DNA of 64,000 bases from the human T2T-CHM13v2.0 reference genome, Homo sapiens, in the NCBI RefSeq assembly GCF_009914755.1, contig NC_060929.1. One strand, given 5' to 3'. The translations under genes were made by a program, and so were the position numbers. Under the pieces are notes generated by a model. The model was given only the letters and a program-made list of their open reading frames with translations. It was not told the origin of the DNA and searched no databases. Below are positions 56,151-64,000 of this stretch, piece by piece; within the stretch, counting starts at the first letter, position 1, and each line of letters begins with the position of its first letter.

Positions 56151-56380
56151 CTCTCAGTAGCAAATGGAAAATATGCTTCACACCCAATTTCAGACCACAG
56201 CTCCTTCTCGCACAGAAACAAACTCTTCTGCTGATAATAAAACCAAATTGCTGCTGTAGATTGTTTGCTATGCAAAGTAATAAAGAACATTTTTGGAGAG
56301 TTATGAGTCCAGTGTTAAAAGCAGATCTTGTAGCCAGCCATGGAGCCCCGGGAGGCCTCTTTCCAGCCCTGAAAAGCCAC
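56151..56380 (-). other. Candidate 230-bp exon, possibly lncRNA
   Basis: Acceptor cttccatcctattcactaggttctacag|G; consensus donor GAG|gtaagt; no repeat recognised. Confidence 0.4.
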
Positions 56381-57128
56381 CTGTAGAACCTAGTGAATAG
56401 GATGGAAGTATTTGGAAATGCAGCTGCAAGGAAAAGAAATAAGCCTGATGACACAACAAGGGCTCTGTGTGGGAGTGTTAAATTAATTGGAAATGTGGAA
56501 AGCTGTAGACAGTTTGTTGAAAGGGGATGTCCACAAATCCTGCCAAAGCTGTATATTTTAAAAAGCACAGTTCAGAATAATGTTTATTTTAATGATTATT
56601 ATTGCTATTTTGTGTTCTGAGTAAAAAAATAAAAGCCAAACTACGAGACAAATTTGGTGAATTATAGATTATTCTCAAAGAAATGAAGCATTGTTTCTTT
56701 CAGACCACTTAATTTCATAGCTGCCAGGCTTGCTTGTGTAAATAAATGAGGGCCATTTACCATTCCCACATCAAGGCACCACTGGCTCCACAAGCCATTT
56801 TGTCCATAAGTAGGGACTTTTCACTGCCTGAATGATCACAAATTCCAAGTAAAAGAAGGCTAAAGCATAAAGTGGAACAGTAGCTACATAAGGTGACATG
56901 CTTGCCAAGCCTTGCATATTTTAAAGCATTACATAGAAAGTGTTATGAGCCTGATGTTCTATAAATTTGACTTGGATTGGTTAAAGTTCAGATCTTAAAA
57001 TAGGAAGAGGCCTTAATGTAATTTTAATTCAAACAGATACATGATGCAGGACGTAACACTCTATCCTTAAAAGTAGGTATCTCATTTCTGTTCAAACATC
57101 TATTTGTGCTAGAAAATTTACTCAACCA

Positions 57129-57400
57129 TTTTTTTCTTTTTTAGAGAAATTCTCTGTCACCCATGCTACAGCACAGTGACACGATCATAGCTCACTGCAG
57201 CCTTAAACACTGTAGCCTCCTGAGTAGCAGAGACTACGGGGGCACCACCACACCTGGTTACTTTTTTAAAATTATTTTTTATAGAGACAAGGTCCCACTA
57301 TGTTTTCCATGTTGATCTCAAACTGCTTACCTCAAGCAGTTGAACCATCTTTGGCCTCCCAAAGTGCTGGGATTACAGCCATGAACCACTGGACCCGGCC
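57129..57400 (-). mobile_element. AluJ-type SINE, degenerate
   Basis: gatcatagctcactgcagcctt...ggcctcccaaagtgctgggattacag...cccggcc. Confidence 0.9.
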
Positions 57401-57424
57401 TACTCTCTCTTTTTGATTGTTTGT

Positions 57425-57640
57425 GATTTTACAGACATTGAGCAAAAGTATTATTTTTATAAGCCAGGCATTCTTCCATATATTTTAGAGATAGCTCATT
57501 TGATCCTCACATCACTCTGAGGTAGATCGTAAAATTATCTCCATTTTACTGAGGCACAGTGAAGTTAAGTAGCTTCTCTGAGGATATGCAGCTAGTAAGG
57601 ACCAGAACTGGGACTCAAAACAGGGTGGCCTACTGTTGGT
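57425..57640 (-). mobile_element. MIR SINE
   Basis: catttgatcctcac...ctccattttactgaggcacagtgaagttaagt. Confidence 0.75.
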
Positions 57641-58009
57641 ATAGCAAAACAATATGAATAAATGCCACAATAAAGTATTGCACTCCTAGGGTTTCTCCAG
57701 GGGGTGTGTGCATCAGAATCACCCTAGAGAAGCTATTTCAGGAGGTGGCCTCCAGCATTTGCAGTTGTAAAAGATCCTCAGCTGATTCAAAAGTACATCC
57801 CTCATTGAAGTGTAGTGTAGATTCTCCAAAGAGCCAATTATATTTCTCTCTTAGTTTCAGCCCCTAGCAAATTAAAATGAAAAACAAACCCAAACAAATT
57901 CTTCCAGATGATATACATCTTAATACCTATGGCTATTGAAATTTACAGACTGAGTAAATAATAATCAATTATAAGAAAGGTGAGCATGTAATTAATATTT
58001 GATTTAATA

Positions 58010-58170
58010 AATATTTGATTAATACTTTACAATCTTTTATGCATCAATGATTTCATGTGGTTCTCACAGCAACCCTATGAGGTAGCTTGTTGTTATCATG
58101 AATAAAGATGAAGAAAATAAGTATCAAAGACACGAAGACTTACTCATGGTTTCATAAGTAGAAGGAGAAA
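58010..58170 (-). mobile_element. MIR SINE
   Basis: ttctcacagcaaccctatgaggtag. Confidence 0.65.
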
Positions 58171-60963
58171 ATGACAATTGTTTCATTATTTTAGGTAAAA
58201 ATAATTTTTAATGTTTATTTCTTACAGCTTTTTAAAAATTTCTAATTACTATGTCACACTTCGTTTGTAAAAACACATCATCTCACTTATAATAAAATAT
58301 TCACTGTGTTTAAGCAAACAAACAAAAAGCAGGGTGGCCTGGCCCTAGAGTCTGTGCTCCCAAGTACCAGGCATATTGTGAAAATGTATCACCCTATACC
58401 CTTGACATGTGTTGCCACGGTAGTCTTCATATCAATATCTGTTATTGCTTTTAATGAATTCTGCAATTACATCACTGTTACATGCATATTAAACAATTCT
58501 GTAAGAAGTCTAAAAAGAAGGAACAAGCACAAAAGAACAGCTTTTATTTTTTTCACACTTTTTATTTTCTTGTAGAGATTAAAGGATAGAAGCACAAAAA
58601 TATTTTAGCTCAATATGATGAACAAATAAAATATAGCTTTTTAATATTTATCAATTTATTTTATTAATATTAATATTCTATGCTGTGCAAACATACAGTG
58701 AATCACTTGAGAAGTAAATGTGCCCTCCTTCACCAAAGTATCCTAAACAGAGGTTTGAATATTAATTCAAGAGATGCTGTTGAAGGCATTACAGTGTTTG
58801 GTCATAAGTTGGGCTCAGTGAACTCAGAGGTTCATATGACATAATTTTCTGGCTATACCCTCATTGGGTATCAGGAAGCTTTCCCTCATTTATCATCTTG
58901 CTCCATATTTGTCAGTTTTGATATGTCCACTGTAACATTTTTTCATTCAGGGTGTGCTGGGATATCAGAATAAAAACAACAAACCAAAATAGATCACAAA
59001 TTCCAAAAAGGTTATGGCAAATTAACAGTACCGTGTTTTGGTATTCTTTTGAACACAATAAACTAGACAGACTTCAACAATTCCTTAGATTTCTCACTTA
59101 TAGCAAAACTCTTTTGCAACTCCATTTTTGGGACTTAACTGCTGTTGCTAATATGCACACCTAGATGTCTAGAAATTGTAGTGGTCTGTTTTGGAAATAG
59201 GCTCTAGTTTGGTAATTCTTCACTCGGAGTCTGAGAGACTTCAAGAGTCTTTTTAATTTGCTAAACTTTGGGCAAATTATTGTACAGTTGTGCGCTCTTA
59301 TTTTTGCCACCATCAGACTCTCAGAGAGGAGGCTCAGAAAAGTTTGGGAATCACTGTAGTGTATTAGATTTATACAAATATTTGATGTCAGGTTCAGCAT
59401 GTTCCAGGGTAGAAAGAGCTGCTTCCAGTTACCATGGAACTTTATCTAGAAAGAGACAACTTCAGATGAATGTTTCAAGGTAGTCACATTTACGATGTAG
59501 TAGGAGTGCAAGTTCAGGCCCTACTCTATAAAATTCATGGGGAAATGTGGCAAGATGAGCAAACGAATGAAGAAAACATGTGGCCCTTGGGTCAGAAAGA
59601 CTAAGTTGCCCTTAGAGGTGTCAGTAAATTAAAAAAGTTCAAGGGTAATTAGGCCAAAGGCTCAAATTCCCTTCTTTGATAGAAATATTTCTGTTAAGGA
59701 ACACTAAAAATCCAACTTTCAGTTGAAATTAACCTTTGAAAAGAAGTACTTGAAAAGGGGAGTCCTGGATTCCAGCAGTAGGTTTTGATTAGGTAGTAGT
59801 AGGTTCCAGTAACTTAATTTGATTAGGTCTTATTCAAATGCTAAGATTAACTTCTAATTGCTATCACTCTCAGGCTGCTCACAAATGTAATATTTTTGTA
59901 TGCTGAGGAATTAAAGAGGGATTTCAAGTCATTTTTTCTGAAGAGTAACTGAATATAAAGGCTCATTTGTTTTCTAAATGTTCTCTAAATAGTAAATTTT
60001 GTTACTTTTAGATTTGGAAAATATTTCTTTTTCTTGTATTTTTCACCTCTGAAAAGACTTCAGTTTGCTAGGTCTACAGTAATAATGAATGTAATTACAT
60101 TTCAAGATCTAATTTTACCTCAATGATGTCACAGCATAGATAATGTTTCACAATCTGTTTTGATAACTAGAAACATCTTAGACTCCTTAGGACTCATGAA
60201 ATGACTAAATTTTGCGTTAAGTGCTCATTTTACTCTGTAATGTCTACCATTGTCCATAAGTCTAAAAGAGATAATTTTGTCCGACTAAAAAGAGACATCT
60301 AGGGAAATATTCATGGGTAATTTGGTGCAGCTTTTAAAACCCAACATGTATTTCATTTAACTTGGTCTCATAATTTGAGGCTTCCACTCTGTGCTTAAAT
60401 CAAGATGACTAGATGGCATTTAAAGAAGGATCTGAGCCTATGATGATGCCAAAAGAATTGTGTACTGAGAGATCCAGGCATTAAGCACATCCATTCTGCA
60501 ATACATAGGCAACAATCATGAAACAGAATGGCAGTGCTCAGTCCTTAAGATCCCCATGGCCACGTGACTGTAACTGGATACTAGCTGCAATAAAAATGAC
60601 CTAAATGTTAAATACCTTTACAAAGACAACCACAAGTAGCCTGGCTCAAATTTCTCTCCAGTTCCCTTGTGCCAGCTCATTCTAACATATGCTTCTTTCC
60701 TTGCCAGTTTCCCTATGAAGTCCCATCATCCCTTGAGGATGAGGTTACAGGGTTCCCACAAATACAAAATCAACTAAAAATACTGGTCAATCCCTTACTA
60801 TAATTTAAACCTAGGAAAAAGTTTGACTAGTCATGGGAAAAAGAAAATTAGATAGAATTACTTTTATTTCTAAATTGTCTTTACAAAATTTATATTTCAA
60901 CTGGATGAGTATCCATGCCATCAGGGCATTTTCATATACTTAAAAGAGAAGAATGTCTTGAGA

Positions 60964-61113
60964 TGTGCCTGTAGTCACAGCTACTGAGGAGGCTGAGGCG
61001 GGAGGATTACTTGAGCCCAGGAGGTCAAGATTACAGTAAACTATGTTGTGCCACTACACTCCAGCCTGGGTGACAGAGTAAAACCCTATCTTTAAATAAA
61101 TAAAATAAAATAA
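60964..61113 (+). mobile_element. Truncated AluJ/FLAM-type monomer with A-rich tail
   Basis: gcctgtagtcacagctac...ttgagcccaggaggtcaag...cactccagcctgggtgacagag. Confidence 0.88.
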
Positions 61114-61730
61114 GAGACTTAGCTCTAAAGTGAGGGAGTAGAAGTCTTAGGAGAATATTGTCCTTGGAAATTGCCACTCTGATGCCCATTTGCAATCTTT
61201 AACTTTTTTCTTCTTTTAACCTGCATGCACTCAGCATGCCAGAATATTTTTCCCAGTTCTTCCTTCTCTTCCTTCTTCTCTTCTTTCTCTTCTCTCTGTT
61301 GTTCTCCTTTGCTCAAACATGGTTAAGTTTGAACAAAAGGGAAATAAGGAAACATTCCTTTCTTCAAGTCTTTGGTTTCATCTTTTACAATAAGTCTTGG
61401 ACAGAAGCTCTTCAGAGGGCATGGATCATGTATTCCTAGAGAAGCTACTAGCATTTTTGTCTCTGAAGCGCATACATGTACAGGTTCATGGATTCATGCT
61501 TTCAAATACTTTCAAATTGAGTGCCCCTCTATTTCCAGGGATACATAAGGATACATGCTGCTGCCTAAGAGGTGCACTGCCTAATATCTCTTCCATAACA
61601 TGAAAACCAGGTCTTAAAATAAGGAACAAAGAACAACAAATATAGAATTGGTATGATTGCTTATTTCCCCTCCCCTCAGATATCAAATCTCTCCATGTCA
61701 GCATCTACTACCTTGGAGTTTGGAGGACAC

Positions 61731-61775
61731 TGAATGAATGGATGGATGGATGGATGGATGGACGGATGGATGGAT
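61731..61775. repeat. (GATG)n tetranucleotide STR
   Basis: Direct reading. Confidence 0.95.
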
Positions 61776-63049
61776 TAATGAACATTGTTGACTGAGATTC
61801 AACATCCTTGACAGTTAATCCTGCTTCTTCCAAAAGGGAGCCTAAGCTTGTGAGAAATCGGTATAGAAAACCTCAGAGCTTTCTGATGGCATTATAAATA
61901 TATATATATATAACATTATAGATATAAATATAGATATGTATGATTATACATACCTGTACAAATATATAAACACATGTATTTTTTACATGCACATTTATGT
62001 ATTCAGGTATATATAGGCATATATAATTGCATAATAATTTCTAATACTCTATAGTTTATGGAACCAGTTCTACTCCTCAATTTTTCAGGAGTTTTAGGTG
62101 ACTTTGTCTAAGAAGACAGAGTTAATGTAAAAGTTGAGACTACAGTCTGATCTCTGGGCTTAATAACACAATGCTTTTACTTCTAGTTGTGTCACCTGCA
62201 TCACTTTGGACAGGTTTTCTCCTTTTTGAGAGAAAGGAGAAAATTCCTGGGGTCTATCTCAGGCCCCCTTAAACATATTTGAGATAAGTTAATAATTATG
62301 ATTCTTCTAATTTGGCCCCAGAAAGATAGCAGCTGATTTTTTCAAAGGCATGCAGATGATGTAGAATTAGAATTTCTCATGGTGGAAGAAATGGACAATT
62401 CTTTGTCACAAAGAGAGAATATTATGTCTGGGACATTTTCACATTTTCACAAGTCTAAATAAAGCTGGTCCTTCTCAAAAGGATGTGGTGTGGAATAGGA
62501 GGAGAATAAGTATTTGTCATATTGAGACATGAGAATTGTTGGTATCTCATAGGCTTTTTCTAACCAGCTACAAAACTTATGAAGGAAAAACTGTATAACT
62601 CTATTGAAATGTATCTATAAAGAAGTCATTTTAAAGTAAGCAAGATTTGAGGTCTTAAAGCCATCAGAGTGTTGCAATTGGCAGAAAGGTACTGAAACAG
62701 TTTGAAATCGCACACACTTACCCTGAATTCTACAGAACTAAATAAAAGCTATCAAGGGTTACTTGTGCAGATTTAATCCTGAGCTATACCAATTTATTGA
62801 CATCTAGGCTAAAAATAATGGAATCTGACTGCCTCACTGAATCTCAGTCACTGGACAGTGTCCTGTCCAGATATCAGGGCTCTAGCTCCTTAATTCCTAG
62901 CCTGACTTCCTGTTTCTCCTATGTGCTACAGCATGAGAGGTCAAGTAATATCAAGTTCCCAGGTGAAAACTAATGCTGATGTAAGCAGTTACATTAAAAA
63001 TAGAAAGGTGCAAACATGTTTACTCTGCCTGTCCCTTGTCCATCCTCCG

Positions 63050-63553
63050 TAGTGTAAAGAAATCTGTCTCTCCCAGTACCTTCCTTCCTAAGCAGCCATA
63101 TTTTGAATCATGTTGCTGTCCTCCTTCCCATTCGGGTTCTCACCCACTCCCAACACAATTTATTAGACCAGAGATGGCAATCTGACCCACAGGATGGCCA
63201 ACTTGGAAAAACACAAGCACTCAAACACGCAAACAAATGACTGACTTAGCTAGTCAGATTCCCAGTTTGGAAAACTGAATGGAAACCAAAGAAAGAAATA
63301 GCTATTTAAAAGCAGGAAAGCTAGACTATACAAGACAGGTGGAGCACTACTTTGTGTTACTAAAAAAAAAAAATTGAAAAAAAAAAACGAAAAACAAACA
63401 AACAAAAAAAACCCTTTTTATCTCCAATATCATACACTGGCATTTTTGTAGTTCATCTACTTTTTACTCTGACTGTCCTTATAGTAAACTTTCCTTTTTT
63501 TGAGCTAGCCTGAATGGTTCCTTCTTTCCAATCCAAAGATCACTGATTAAGAC
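63050..63553 (+). mobile_element. Old MLT1-type MaLR LTR fragments
   Basis: Ends gagctagcctgaatgg...atccaaagatcactgattaagaca. Confidence 0.5.
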
Positions 63554-64000
63554 AATGAGAAGGAAGTTATCTTCCAAAATGCATCTCATTATCCTGTGAC
63601 TGAACTCTGACTCTAAGAGTGAACCTTGCAGTTCTTAAGTTCCTCCTTCTTAGATTGCAGCCCTTAGAACTCCCAGAGAGATATATGTCTTCTTGTGAAT
63701 ACCTCTCACTCATGCTCACCGTGTGCCCCTTACTCTTGCATGACACACTGTGGAGCAAGTCTGTCTCTCATAGTATAAACCTGACATTCTATTGTCTTCA
63801 TGCTCTGCCGGGCCTGAATCTTTAACATGCCTGATAGGGTAGCCAGTCCTATAAACGTTTTTGCTTTAACTTTGATTCTTTGTTGCTTTACTGGGAACAG
63901 AACTTAGTTTTCCAGGTTATTCTCAAACATCAGGGACAGAGCTAGTTAGAAACTGATTTTTATAGGTCTCATCCCACAGATTTTGAACCTATAAGCCTGA

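Overview
AT-rich, repeat-dense primate genomic DNA, probably human or another catarrhine (Alu, L1PA and MER50/HERV-FRD are present). It is not prokaryotic, and no rRNA, tRNA or CRISPR array was seen. Most of the window is decayed mobile DNA: a full-length L1PA4/5-like LINE-1 with TSDs (39.7-45.9 kb), an older near-full-length L1PA13-16-like element (10.1-17.4 kb), a 5'-inverted L1PA7/8-like element (49.3-52.3 kb), many L1M/L2/MIR fragments, MaLR/ERV LTRs, four Alu pieces and DNA-transposon relics. The best-supported highlight is a MER50 LTR plus HERV-FRD env relic nested in the older L1. Its translation is collinear with syncytin-2 (ERVFRD-1), its SU/furin-site segment is inverted, and it reads through the position where syncytin-2 stops, which may preserve an ancestral longer cytoplasmic tail. 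Unique sequence also holds a chain of candidate + strand exons (7991, 21313, 23464, with a polyA signal) of an unidentified gene, and a candidate - strand exon at 56.15-56.38 kb. Repeat subfamily names and protein comparisons come from recalled consensus sequences, not from database searches.
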